Source: an uncultured Brevundimonas sp. (lineage in GTDB: Bacteria > Pseudomonadota > Alphaproteobacteria > Caulobacterales > Caulobacteraceae). Taken from it: DNA of 52,665 nucleotides. A model generated the notes under the pieces. It was not told where the DNA came from, searched no databases, and saw only the letters and a list, made by a program, of their open reading frames with translations. The translations under genes were made by a program, and so were the position numbers. This document shows, in pieces, positions 1 to 9,205 of the stretch (positions within the stretch are counted from its first letter, which is position 1; each line of letters opens with the position of its first letter). The DNA lies in assembly GCA_964527675.1 (NCBI GenBank), contig CAZGPS010000001.1, positions 1 through 52,665 on the forward strand, read 5' to 3'.

Positions 1-1941
1 CTGATGGTCGATGGCGCGGTGGTGGTGGTCGAGAACACCCTGCTGATGATGACCCGGCGCCGCGCGGAGCTGGGACGGATGCTCAGCCGTCACGAACGGC
101 TGGACGTCGCCATGGCCGCGGCCCGGCAGATGGTGAAACCGGCCGCCTTCGGCCAGTTGATCATCCTGCTGGTCTTCACCCCCCTGCTGATGCTCGAAGG
201 CGTGGAGGGCAAGACCTTCATCCCGATGGGGGCGACCGTCATGCTCGCCCTGATCGGCGCCTTCATCTTCTCCTTCACCTTCGTACCGGCCATGACCGCG
301 CTGCTGGTGCGCGACCCCAAGAGCGCCCACCTCGACGCTGACGGCCAGGTGCAGGAACATGAAACCCGCGTCCTTCGCTTCGCCCGGCGCTGGATCCAGC
401 CGGCGATCCGCGCCGCCGTGGACAAACCCAAGGTCGTGCTCGTCTCGGCCTTGGGCGCCCTGGTCGTCGGCGGCCTGGCCTTCGCCACCCTCGGTCGGGA
501 GTTCATCCCCACCCTGGACGAGGGCGACATCGCCATGCAGGCCCTGCGCGTGCCGTCGGCGTCGCTGGATCAGTCCCTGGCCATGCAGATGGCCCTCGAG
601 CGGGTCATCAAGGCCCAGCCCGAGGTCGAGACGGTGTTCTCGCGCACCGGCACGGCGGAGGCCGCCGTCGATCCGATGCCGCGCAACATCTCGGACAGCG
701 TGATCATCCTCAAGGATCGCGGCGACTGGCCGGACCCGGGCCTCGAGAAGGAGGCGCTCATCGAGCGCATCGAGGAGGCGGCCGGCCAGCAGATCGGCAA
801 CAATTTCGAGTTCAGCCAGCCGATCGAACTGCGCTTCCACGAACTGATCTCGGGCGTCCGGACCGACCTGGCGGTGCTGGTCTACGGCGACGACTTCGAC
901 ACCCTGCAGCGGGTAGGCGACCAGGTCTCTCGTGCTCTCGAGGGAACGCCGGGGTCCGCCGATGTCCGGGTGGAACAAGCGTCGGGGCTGCCGACGCTGA
1001 CGGTCAGCGTCGACCGGTTCGCGGCCGCCAACTACGGCCTGTCGGCGGCGGACGTCTCGGAGGCGGTGTCCACCGCCATCGGCGGGACCGAAGCGGGTCG
1101 CATCTTCGAAGGCGACCGACGCTTCGACGTCGTCGTCCGCCTGCCCGAGGCGGCCCGCAACGATCCGGCCGGTCTGGCCGCCTTGCCGATCGTCTCCCCG
1201 ACCGGCGTGGTCGTACCGCTGTCCTCGGTAGCGCGTATCCAGACCGGCGAGGGCCCGAACCAGATCAGCCGCGACAACGGCAGCCGCCGCATGGTGGTGC
1301 AGGCCAACGTCCGCGGCCGCGATCTGGGCGGATTCGTCACCGATGCGCAGACGCGGGTGGACCGGATCGATCTTCCGCCGGGCGTCCGGCTCGACTGGGG
1401 CGGTCAGTTCGAGAACCTCAAGCGCGCCGAACAGCGCCTGGGCCTCGTGGTTCCGATCGTTTTCATCCTCATCGGGGTGCTGCTGTTCATGGCGCTCGGT
1501 TCTTTCGCCGAAGCCGGTCTGGTGTTCGCCTGCGTGCCGCTGGCTCTCGTCGGCGGCACCCTGGCGCTGCTCTTGCGCGGCATGCCCTTCTCGGTCTCGG
1601 CGGCGGTCGGCTTCATCGCCGTCTCGGGGGTGGCGACCCTGAACGGCCTGGTGCTGATGCAGGCCATCCGGGAGCGGCTCACGGCCGGTCTGGCCCCGCG
1701 TGAGGCCGCGATCGAAGGGGCGTCCAGCCGCCTGCGGGCCGTGCTGACCACGGCCCTGGTGGCCATCGTCGGCTTCATCCCCATGGCCATCGCCCACGGA
1801 GCCGGGGCCGAGGTCCAGAAGCCCCTCGCGACGGTGGTCATCGGAGGCCTTTTGACGGCGACGGCGTTGACCCTGCTGGTGTTGCCCACCTTCGCCGCCA
1901 AGGCGGTGAAGCATCGCAAGGCGGAAGGGATCGAGGACTGA
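1..1941 (+). CDS. czcA: CzcA/CusA-family heavy-metal efflux RND permease (5' end outside window)
   Basis: ORF open from the window edge; HME-RND motifs (DGAVVVVEN, EGKTFIPM, EFIPTLDEGD, GFIAVSGVATLNG, GAEVQKPLATVVIGGL). Confidence 0.9.
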   Translation: MMVDGAVVVVENTLLMMTRRRAELGRMLSRHERLDVAMAAARQMVKPAAFGQLIILLVFTPLLMLEGVEGKTFIPMGATVMLALIGAFIFSFTFVPAMTALLVRDPKSAHLDADGQVQEHETRVLRFARRWIQPAIRAAVDKPKVVLVSALGALVVGGLAFATLGREFIPTLDEGDIAMQALRVPSASLDQSLAMQMALERVIKAQPEVETVFSRTGTAEAAVDPMPRNISDSVIILKDRGDWPDPGLEKEALIERIEEAAGQQIGNNFEFSQPIELRFHELISGVRTDLAVLVYGDDFDTLQRVGDQVSRALEGTPGSADVRVEQASGLPTLTVSVDRFAAANYGLSAADVSEAVSTAIGGTEAGRIFEGDRRFDVVVRLPEAARNDPAGLAALPIVSPTGVVVPLSSVARIQTGEGPNQISRDNGSRRMVVQANVRGRDLGGFVTDAQTRVDRIDLPPGVRLDWGGQFENLKRAEQRLGLVVPIVFILIGVLLFMALGSFAEAGLVFACVPLALVGGTLALLLRGMPFSVSAAVGFIAVSGVATLNGLVLMQAIRERLTAGLAPREAAIEGASSRLRAVLTTALVAIVGFIPMAIAHGAGAEVQKPLATVVIGGLLTATALTLLVLPTFAAKAVKHRKAEGIED

Positions 1942-2540
1942 TGAGCGAACGCGACGAGGCGGAGGGCATCCAGCGCCGCACCCTCCTGATGGTGTTGCTC
2001 CTCAACGCCCTCCTGTTTGTCGGGCTCGGGATCGGCGGCCTGCTCGCCGATTCCAGCGCCTTGCTGGCCAATGCGCTGGACAATGCGTCGGACTCCGCCG
2101 TCTACCTCATCAGCTTCCTGGCGGTGGGCCGCGCCGTGATCTGGAAGACCCGCGCGGCGCGGTTCTCCGGAATTCTGCTCCTGGTCTTCGCGGGGGGCGT
2201 CCTGCTGGATGTGCTGAGACGGACGCTGATGGGGACGGAGCCCGTCGGCTGGACGATGATGGGCCTGGCGGTGGTCGCGGCCATCGTGAACCTGGTGTGC
2301 CTGCAACTAATCCGCCGTCAACGCAGCGACGACGTGAACATGAAGGCTGCGGAGACCTTCAGCTTCAATGATTTCGCCTCCAACGGCGGCATCCTGGTCG
2401 CCGGCGGGCTGGTTCTGTGGCTGGACCAGTCCTGGCCGGATCTGGTCGTGGGCCTGATCGTCGCCGCGATCGCCGTGAAGGGCGGCGTCGATATTCTCCG
2501 CGACGCCGCCCAGGCCAGATCACAGGAGGCCGGGGCATGA
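1941..2540 (+). CDS. Cation diffusion facilitator (CDF)-like transporter, short form
   Basis: 199 aa, about 6 hydrophobic segments, ADSSALLANALDN and FSFND motifs; start overlaps the czcA stop. Confidence 0.75.
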   Translation: MSERDEAEGIQRRTLLMVLLLNALLFVGLGIGGLLADSSALLANALDNASDSAVYLISFLAVGRAVIWKTRAARFSGILLLVFAGGVLLDVLRRTLMGTEPVGWTMMGLAVVAAIVNLVCLQLIRRQRSDDVNMKAAETFSFNDFASNGGILVAGGLVLWLDQSWPDLVVGLIVAAIAVKGGVDILRDAAQARSQEAGA

Positions 2541-4624
2541 GCCAGCAAGCGGCGGCTGACCGCGCCACCGAACCGCACGACCATGAATCCGGCGCGGCGC
2601 ACGCGCATGGCGAAGGCGGAATCCTCGGGCCGAACACGGAGCTGATCTTCGCCCTAGCGTCCGGCGGCGCACTCGGCGTCGGCTTTGCGATAGAAAAACT
2701 GGCGTCGGGCCATCCGGCCTGGCTTCCGCTAGCGCTCTTCATCGTCGCCTACGGGTTCGGCGGCTTCTTCACTGTTCGTGAGGCGGTGGAGAACCTTCGC
2801 CGCAAGCGCTTCGAGATCGACACCCTCATGCTCGTCGCCGCCGCAGGGGCGGCGGCGTTGGGCGCATGGGCCGAAGGGGCGTTGTTGCTGTTTCTCTTCA
2901 GCATCGGCCATGCCCTGGAACATTACGCCATGGGGCGGGCCAGACGCGCCATCGAGGCTCTCGCGGACCTCGCGCCACGCACCGCCCATGTGCGGCGCGA
3001 CGGCCAGGTCGTCGAACTGCCCGTCGAGCAGCTGGAAGTCGGCGACACGGTGGTGGTGCGCCCTAACGAGCGCCTCCCAGCGGATGGCTTCGTCGTGGTC
3101 GGCGCGACCAGCATCAACCAGGCGCCCGTGACCGGCGAGAGCATGCCCGTCGACAAACAGCCGGTCGCGGACGCCGCCGCCGCACGGTCGCGTCCCGCCC
3201 AGATCGGATCGGCCTCTCTGGTTTTCGCGGGCACGATCAACGGCGCCGGCGCCATCGAGATCGAGACCACCCGGAAATCCAGCGACACCACCCTGGCCAA
3301 GGTCGTGCGGATGGTGAGCGAGGCGGAAACCCAGAAGTCCCCGACCCAGCGCTTCACGGACCGGTTCGAGCGCATCTTCGTGCCGCTGGTTCTGGCCCTC
3401 GCCGTCCTGCTGCTGTTCGCCTGGGTCGTCGTCGACGAGCCGTTCCGCGACAGCTTCTACCGGGCCATGGCGGTGCTGGTCGCGGCCAGTCCCTGCGCCC
3501 TGGCCATCGCCACCCCCAGCGCCGTCCTGTCGGGCGTCGCCCGCGCGGCGCGGGCCGGCGTCCTGATCAAGGGCGGCGCGCCGTTGGAGAACCTGGGCTC
3601 GCTGAACGCGATCGCGTTCGACAAGACCGGCACCCTGACGGAAGGGCGGCCGCGCATCACCGACATCGTCCCCGTGCGGGGAAGCGGGGAAGAGGAACTC
3701 CTGGCGACGGCGGTCGCCGTCGAGCGGCTCAGCGACCACCCCCTGGCGGAGGCTATCGCGCGCGACGGCGCAGAGCGGTTGGGCAAGACCGTGATCCCGG
3801 CCGCCACGGACCTGAAGAGCCTGACCGGCCGGGGCGTCACGGCCTCGCTTGAGGGCGAGACCGTCTGGATCGGAAAGCCGGAGATGTTCGGTGTCGACGG
3901 CGTCGGTCCTCTCGGTGATGAGACGGCGTCGGTCGTCGCCCGGCTGCGCCTGGAGGGACGGACCTTGATGGTGGTGCGCCGCGGCGCGCACGATCTCGGC
4001 GTCATCGGCCTGCTGGACACCCCTCGCGCCGCCGCGAAGCCGACGCTCGCCGCACTGCGGGCCCTGGGCGTCCAGCGGATGATCATGATCTCCGGCGACC
4101 ATCAGAAGGCGGCCCAGGCCATCGCCGCTCAGGTCGGCCTGACGGAAGCCTGGGGCGACCTGATGCCGGAGGACAAGGTCGAGGCCATCAAGCGCCTGCG
4201 GGCGGACGGCAAGATCGCTATGGTCGGGGACGGGGTGAACGACGCTCCGGCCATGGCCACGGCGACCGTGGGCGTCGCCATGGGCGCCGCGGGATCGGAC
4301 GTCGCCCTGGAGACCGCGGATGTCGCGCTGATGTCCGACGACCTCTCGCAACTGCCCTTCACCGTCGGCCTGAGCCGGCGGACCCGGGGCGTCATTCTGC
4401 AGAACCTGATCGTCAGCCTGGGCGTCGTCGCCTTCCTCGTGCCGGCGACCATCCTCGGCCTCGGCATCGGTCCGGCCGTGGCGCTTCACGAGGGCTCGAC
4501 CCTGCTGGTGGTGATCAACGCCTTGCGGCTGCTCGGCTACCGCGACCCGGCGCGGCGCCCGCCCTCTGTCGCGGCCCCGCCGGCCCCGGCCGGCGCGCCG
4601 CCCGTTTCAAGGAGATCGGCATGA
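2537..4624 (+). CDS. Heavy-metal P1B-type ATPase, P1B-4 signature (Co/Zn/Cd/Fe)
   Basis: ATG 2537 after GGAGG; His-rich N-terminus, TGES, SPC, DKTGTLT, HP, GDGVND and HEGST motifs. Confidence 0.9.
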   Translation: MSQQAAADRATEPHDHESGAAHAHGEGGILGPNTELIFALASGGALGVGFAIEKLASGHPAWLPLALFIVAYGFGGFFTVREAVENLRRKRFEIDTLMLVAAAGAAALGAWAEGALLLFLFSIGHALEHYAMGRARRAIEALADLAPRTAHVRRDGQVVELPVEQLEVGDTVVVRPNERLPADGFVVVGATSINQAPVTGESMPVDKQPVADAAAARSRPAQIGSASLVFAGTINGAGAIEIETTRKSSDTTLAKVVRMVSEAETQKSPTQRFTDRFERIFVPLVLALAVLLLFAWVVVDEPFRDSFYRAMAVLVAASPCALAIATPSAVLSGVARAARAGVLIKGGAPLENLGSLNAIAFDKTGTLTEGRPRITDIVPVRGSGEEELLATAVAVERLSDHPLAEAIARDGAERLGKTVIPAATDLKSLTGRGVTASLEGETVWIGKPEMFGVDGVGPLGDETASVVARLRLEGRTLMVVRRGAHDLGVIGLLDTPRAAAKPTLAALRALGVQRMIMISGDHQKAAQAIAAQVGLTEAWGDLMPEDKVEAIKRLRADGKIAMVGDGVNDAPAMATATVGVAMGAAGSDVALETADVALMSDDLSQLPFTVGLSRRTRGVILQNLIVSLGVVAFLVPATILGLGIGPAVALHEGSTLLVVINALRLLGYRDPARRPPSVAAPPAPAGAPPVSRRSA

Positions 4625-5064
4625 AGCGGATCGGATGGGTTTCGGTCATCGCGGTCTTTCTGGCTCTCTCCGCCTTCGCCTTCGGCATGTTGTCGAAGCG
4701 ACCGTCCGGCGAACGGGACGCGCCCGCGGCGGTCGAGGCCCGTGAAATCGACGCTCATGCGGCTCGCGCGGAAACGACGCCCGGAAACCCCTCGACCGTG
4801 GCCTATCGTGAAGCCAACGATCGCATGCACGCGGCTATGAACCTCGATTACACCGGCGACGCAGATATCGACTTCCTGCGCGGGATGATCGCCCACCATG
4901 AGGGCGCGCTCGCCATGGCCAAGGTCGCAGTCGAACATGGCGAGGCGCGGGACGTGCGGGGTCTCGCGGAAGAGATCATCGCCGCCCAGGAAGCCGAGAT
5001 CGTCCGCATGAGGATCATGCTCGCCCGGCACGAGGACGTCCCCGCGCCGCCCATGAGGCCCTGA
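4621..5064 (+). CDS. DUF305 (CopM-like) periplasmic metal-binding protein
   Basis: Signal/TM N-terminus; DIDFLRGMIAHHEGALAMA and IIAAQEAEI motifs. Confidence 0.8.
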   Translation: MKRIGWVSVIAVFLALSAFAFGMLSKRPSGERDAPAAVEAREIDAHAARAETTPGNPSTVAYREANDRMHAAMNLDYTGDADIDFLRGMIAHHEGALAMAKVAVEHGEARDVRGLAEEIIAAQEAEIVRMRIMLARHEDVPAPPMRP

Positions 5065-5069
5065 GGGCC

Positions 5070-5492
5070 GTGGCCGGCAAACGCTTCACCGTGCGAAGCC
5101 GCGACCTGCGCTGGCGGGAGGGTCGCTACGGCAAGCGACGGCGGCCGCGGCGCCCGACCCGACCGCCCACGCCTCGGCTGGTGCTCGACGCCATCATTGC
5201 CGTCGTCGCCAGCCTGGTCGCGGGCGGCATCGTGTTCTGCATGGCCTTCCTGTTGTTCGGCTCGCACAAGGTGCCGCTGCATTTCGGCTACGGCGCCATT
5301 CTCGGCGCCGTGACCCTCGGCAGCCTGTGGCTCGGGCCCCGTGATCGGGGCGGACGGATGACCGCGGCGGCCCTCGCCCTCGTTTGGATTTTGGGAACCT
5401 CGGGCCTCTATGCTGCGCGGGATCAGATCCACCTGGGTCCGCACGGTCACCACTCACCCGCCGTCGTCGCCCTGGGCCGGGAACCCGCCTGA
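5070..5492 (+). CDS. Hypothetical membrane protein
   Basis: Three hydrophobic segments, His-rich C-terminus; fills the gap between co-oriented genes; start uncertain. Confidence 0.45.
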   Translation: MAGKRFTVRSRDLRWREGRYGKRRRPRRPTRPPTPRLVLDAIIAVVASLVAGGIVFCMAFLLFGSHKVPLHFGYGAILGAVTLGSLWLGPRDRGGRMTAAALALVWILGTSGLYAARDQIHLGPHGHHSPAVVALGREPA

Positions 5493-6653
5493 ATGTTGGA
5501 AGACGCCCCCGCCGCGCCGTCGCCTCGTCCCGTCCGGATCGCGCGCGGCGGCTGGCTGGATGCGCTCCGCTTCATCGTCGGCGCGCTGATCATCCTCTAC
5601 CATTTCCGCGAAGCCTCGCCCGTCCCGCTGCCGCAGCTGCATCCGGTGTTCGAGCGCGGCTATCTGCTCACCGACTTCTTCATCATCGACTCCGGCTACG
5701 TCCTGGCGCGCATCTACGGCGACCGCCTCGCGTCCGGACAAGCCTCGCTGCGCGCCTATGCGCGCCAGCGGCTGCTGCGGGTCTTTCCGGCCCATCTCGT
5801 CGTCAGCCTGGTCCTCGTCACGCTCGTCGGGGGCGCCGCCCTGGCGGGCGTCGCGCCCAGCAATCCGCGCTGGTTCGACTGGTCGCAGCTGCCCGCCCAG
5901 ATCTTGCTGGTCCAGGCCTGGGGCGTGCCGGGCGGGCAGGGGTGGAACGCCCCGACCTGGACGCTCTCGGCCCTGATCGGCTGCTACCTCCTGCTGCCCT
6001 GGATCTGCCGCGCCCTTTGGCGCTGGCCGCCGGTCTTGGTGGTGATCGGCGCGACGCTGCTGGTCGTCGGCGCCGACGTCGCCGCCTCGCTGTGGCTCGG
6101 CGATCCGATCTACCGCCTGCCGATGCGCTATGGCGTCCTGCGCGCCCTGCCGCTGTTCCTGCTCGGGGTCGCGGCGGCCCTCTACGGGTCACGGGTCTAT
6201 GTCGCGTCGCGTCTCGCCGGGACGATCGGCGTCGGCGCCGCCGTCGGGCTCGTTCTCCTTCAGGCGGTCGGCGCTTTCAGCCTGCTGTCCCTGGGCCTGA
6301 TGACCGTGATCATCTGGGCCGCCGGCGCCGTCCCTGTGCGCAGGCCGTCGCGCCTGGTCGAACACCTGGCCCTGATGTCGTTCTCGATGTTCCTCACAAA
6401 TGAGGTGACCCGGATCGTCTGGTTCGGCTTGCTCGACGCCCTGGGTCAGGACGCCCTGTCGCCGGGGGTTCGCTGGGCGCTGTGGTCGATCGGCTTCATC
6501 GGCGCCTTCGCGGCCGCGGCGGTGTTCCGCTACGGGTTCGACCGCCCGGTGCAGACCTGGCTCAATCCGTCCACCAGCGCCGCGTCGAACCGCGAGCGGG
6601 TGGGCGTCGCGGTTGATCCTTCGGGCCGGGCCGCCCTCGAACAGAGGGCGTGA
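5493..6653 (+). CDS. Acyltransferase_3 (OafA/YrhL-like) membrane acyltransferase
   Basis: LDALRF, DFFIIDSGYVL, RLLRVFPAH, WNAPTWTLSA motifs; about 10 TM segments. Confidence 0.8.
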   Translation: MLEDAPAAPSPRPVRIARGGWLDALRFIVGALIILYHFREASPVPLPQLHPVFERGYLLTDFFIIDSGYVLARIYGDRLASGQASLRAYARQRLLRVFPAHLVVSLVLVTLVGGAALAGVAPSNPRWFDWSQLPAQILLVQAWGVPGGQGWNAPTWTLSALIGCYLLLPWICRALWRWPPVLVVIGATLLVVGADVAASLWLGDPIYRLPMRYGVLRALPLFLLGVAAALYGSRVYVASRLAGTIGVGAAVGLVLLQAVGAFSLLSLGLMTVIIWAAGAVPVRRPSRLVEHLALMSFSMFLTNEVTRIVWFGLLDALGQDALSPGVRWALWSIGFIGAFAAAAVFRYGFDRPVQTWLNPSTSAASNRERVGVAVDPSGRAALEQRA

Positions 6654-6689
6654 TCAGGGCCGTCGGTCGGCCGACGCGGCGTCCTCCGG

Positions 6690-7232
6690 TCAGGGCGCGG
6701 CCACCGCGCCCGCACCGTCCGCGGTCGGCCCGACCTGAGACGGCCTGGCGCGCGGCCCGCGGCACGCCGCGCATCGCCCTTGGGCTTCGAACGTAATCCG
6801 CTCGATGACATATCCCGTCGCTGCGGCAGCCGCCTCGAGCGGGCCGGGGTCAGCGGACGGTATCGGGCGACAGGCGCCGCAACAGTCGCACAGGAGGAAG
6901 GTCGTGGCTGCCGCCGGTTGGTCGGGGTCGCACGCCACAAAGGCCTTGATGGTGGAAAGGCGGTGAACGAGACCGCATGTCTCCAGGAAGTGCAGCGCCC
7001 GATAGACCGTCGCGGGCTTGGCTACGCGGGAACCGGTATGAAACCGCGCCACGAGGTCATAGGCCCCGACCGGAGCCTCGGCGGCCAGCAACAGCTCCAG
7101 AATCCGTCGTCGCGGCCGGGTCAGCCGCCCGCCGCCGGCCGCCACGCGGGCGGCGGCCGCTTCCAGCGCCCGTTCGATCTCCGCGACCGTCGCAGACGGC
7201 ATCGCGTGTTGATGCGGACAGGCCGGTCTCAT
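6690..7232 (-). CDS. Fur-family (Zur-like) transcriptional regulator
   Basis: RLTRPRRRILELL, AYDL, PATVYRAL HTH, CDCC and CAAC zinc sites; start taken at ATG 7232. Confidence 0.8.
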   Translation of the reverse strand: MRPACPHQHAMPSATVAEIERALEAAAARVAAGGGRLTRPRRRILELLLAAEAPVGAYDLVARFHTGSRVAKPATVYRALHFLETCGLVHRLSTIKAFVACDPDQPAAATTFLLCDCCGACRPIPSADPGPLEAAAAATGYVIERITFEAQGRCAACRGPRARPSQVGPTADGAGAVAAP

Positions 7233-7361
7233 CAGGGTCCCAGCCGTCTGCGCCGCGCGGGCTGGGGGGCGGCGCGCCAAATGACAGGCCCGCGGCCAGT
7301 GTTCTCGCCTCTCCAGTCGCCCAAGGCGGTCGCCCCGGGGGGTGGCAGGCCAGGAGCGGAC

Positions 7362-7463
7362 ATGACAGCGGAAACCCTTGAAAGCCGATACGGGGTCAGC
7401 GGCATGGATTGCGCCAGCTGCGGCCGCAAGATCGATACAGCCATCCGCAGGGTTCAGGGAGTG
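7362..7463 (+). pseudogene. Truncated HMA domain (N-terminal remnant of a ZntA/CadA-like ATPase)
   Basis: GGAG RBS, then MTAETLESRYGVSGMDCASCGRKIDTAIRRVQGV; the frame then runs into unrelated low-complexity sequence. Confidence 0.65.
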
Positions 7464-7862
7464 GGCTCCGGGCCGAACGGCCGCCGCAGGCCAGGCGGGT
7501 CATCGTGCAACCCTGCCCTGGTTCGCGTATTGCGCCCTGACATGGCAACCGATGCGAAGCGGACGGCAGGGGGCCCGATGGGCGAGAAGACAGGCGAACC
7601 GCCGGACGTCGGAGGCGAGCCCGATGCGGCCGTGAGTGGTACCGAGGCTGATGAGGTCCCTCCGGGCCGGCCGAAGCTTCATATGACGGGCAAGGGCCTC
7701 AGCCCGGCCGAGTACGCCGCCCAGCATGGCGGTCACCCGCATCAGGCTGACTTTTCGCGCGGCGCCGATGGCGGCGACGACAGCACGGCGGAAGGAAGCG
7801 ACGCGGCCGACCCGACCGGCCATGAACCCTTCGCCTGACGACCCTTGGCCGGCCTTCGCGCG

Positions 7863-8330
7863 TCAGGCGCCGTTGTGTCGTCCGAACACGCGGGTTGAAC
7901 CGTCGTTGAGGATCAGGATCGTCGTATAGGGTTCGCGACCGGCCGCCTCCATGCCCGGCGAGCCCGCCGGCATGCCCGGGGCGCTCAGCGCCCGGGCGGC
8001 GGGACGTTCGCTGAGCAGCCGATCGACGTCACCGGCCGGAACATGGCCCTCGATGGCGTATGCGCCGGCGACCGCCGTGTGGCAGGAGGCCAGCCGGTCC
8101 GGAATCCCATGCTGCGCCCGGATCGGGGCCAGGTCCTCGCGCTCGACGACCTCGACGGTCCAGCCGGCCTGGCGCATGTGGGCGATCCAGCCGCCGCAGC
8201 AGCCGCACCAGGGCGTCTTGTAGGCGGTCATCCGCTTCGGCGGCGCGGCGAGGGCCGGGCCGGCCAAGGCGGCGAGGGACAGGCCGGCCAGGACCGACCG
8301 GCGGTCAAGGATGGTCGGAGAACGGTTCAT
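7863..8330 (-). CDS. DUF411/CopG-like metal-binding protein
   Basis: Tat-like RRSVL signal; KTPWCGCC, SCHTA, IEGHVPA, PGMPAGSPGME motifs. Confidence 0.88.
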   Translation of the reverse strand: MNRSPTILDRRSVLAGLSLAALAGPALAAPPKRMTAYKTPWCGCCGGWIAHMRQAGWTVEVVEREDLAPIRAQHGIPDRLASCHTAVAGAYAIEGHVPAGDVDRLLSERPAARALSAPGMPAGSPGMEAAGREPYTTILILNDGSTRVFGRHNGA

Positions 8331-8361
8331 GGGCGGCCCTGGGTGACGATGAAGCCGCGGC

Positions 8362-8598
8362 TCAGCCGGGCGTGTGACCGGCATGCCCGCCGCCCTGCGG
8401 GGTTTCGGGAGCGGGCGCCGGCGCCGGCGCCGGGGCGGGTGCGTCCGGAGCCGGGGCAGGGGCGTTCATCTCGTCGCAGCACTCCATGGCGGCGCCGGGG
8501 GCCATGTCCTTGCAGCAGGCGCAGGCGTCCGCCGCGAGCACCGCGCCGGCGCTGAGGGCGAGGAAGGCGGCCGCCGCGGCGGCGATCTTGAGGGTCAT
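8362..8598 (-). CDS. Small secreted Cys/Met/His-rich protein with a Pro-Ala linker
   Basis: Signal peptide, CACCKDM..MECCDEM, (AP)n tract, HAGH tail; GGAG RBS. Confidence 0.65.
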   Translation of the reverse strand: MTLKIAAAAAAFLALSAGAVLAADACACCKDMAPGAAMECCDEMNAPAPAPDAPAPAPAPAPAPETPQGGGHAGHTPG

Positions 8599-8670
8599 CG
8601 CGGGTCTCCCTGAAACTGAGCCGCCTTGATCGGCTCGCGGGCCTCCGCCGTCAATGGGCGGCCCCTGCGG

Positions 8671-8871
8671 TCAGGTGTCCACCCGTTCGACCACCACCCA
8701 GCGGCCGGCGCGTTTCTCGACCACGAACCGGGCCGAAGCGCCGTCGAAGGCCGGCACGTCGCCGTCCCGGAACCAGATCCACGGGCGCGACCGGCTGCCC
8801 GGACGCACGAAATAGGATCGGCTGGAGCCGGCGTCCTGCCATTCGATGGTGACGGTCTTGCGGAGGGGCAT
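8671..8871 (-). CDS. Small hypothetical protein (66 aa), putatively SOS-regulated
   Basis: ATG 8871 lies 5 nt downstream of a GTTC-N7-GTTC box; MPLRKTVTIEWQDAG...RWVVVERVDT. Confidence 0.6.
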   Translation of the reverse strand: MPLRKTVTIEWQDAGSSRSYFVRPGSRSRPWIWFRDGDVPAFDGASARFVVEKRAGRWVVVERVDT

Positions 8872-8876
8872 GGCAA

Positions 8877-8891
8877 GAACAAAAGCGGAAC
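8877..8891 (-). promoter_or_regulatory. Alphaproteobacterial LexA (SOS) box
   Basis: GAAC-aaaagcg-GAAC on + (GTTC-N7-GTTC on -); TTGACC -35-like hexamer upstream on the - strand. Confidence 0.75.
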
Positions 8892-9205
8892 GCGGTGTGC
8901 GGTCAAGCCGGCTTCGCGCGCCCGCCGTCGTCATCCACAGGCGCACGCCGGGACGCCGCCCGGAAGGCTAAGGGCTCCGCCCTCGCGCGGGACAGGGTGA
9001 AGCGGCTGCGCCGCCGGACCGGCCGGTCTCCCCGGCCTTCCGCGCGGTCATGCTGTTCATGATCATCATCGTCATCGGCTTGTGCAGGCCGGGCGATCCC
9101 CCTCCGGCCGGTCCGCCCTGGCCCTTGCTACCCCGGTCTCGCCGACGGGCAGGGTTTCAGGCGCGCATTTCGCGTGCCTGCAACCCATGCCCAAAGGAGG
9201 CAGAC

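Noticed and set aside
670..860. CzcA residues that deviate from the usual family pattern (DPMPRN, RFHEL)
   Set aside because: Single substitutions that could be natural variation or sequencing error; not interpretable without an alignment.
8410..8462. CCGGCG tandem repeats
   Set aside because: Coding Pro-Ala linker of the small secreted protein.
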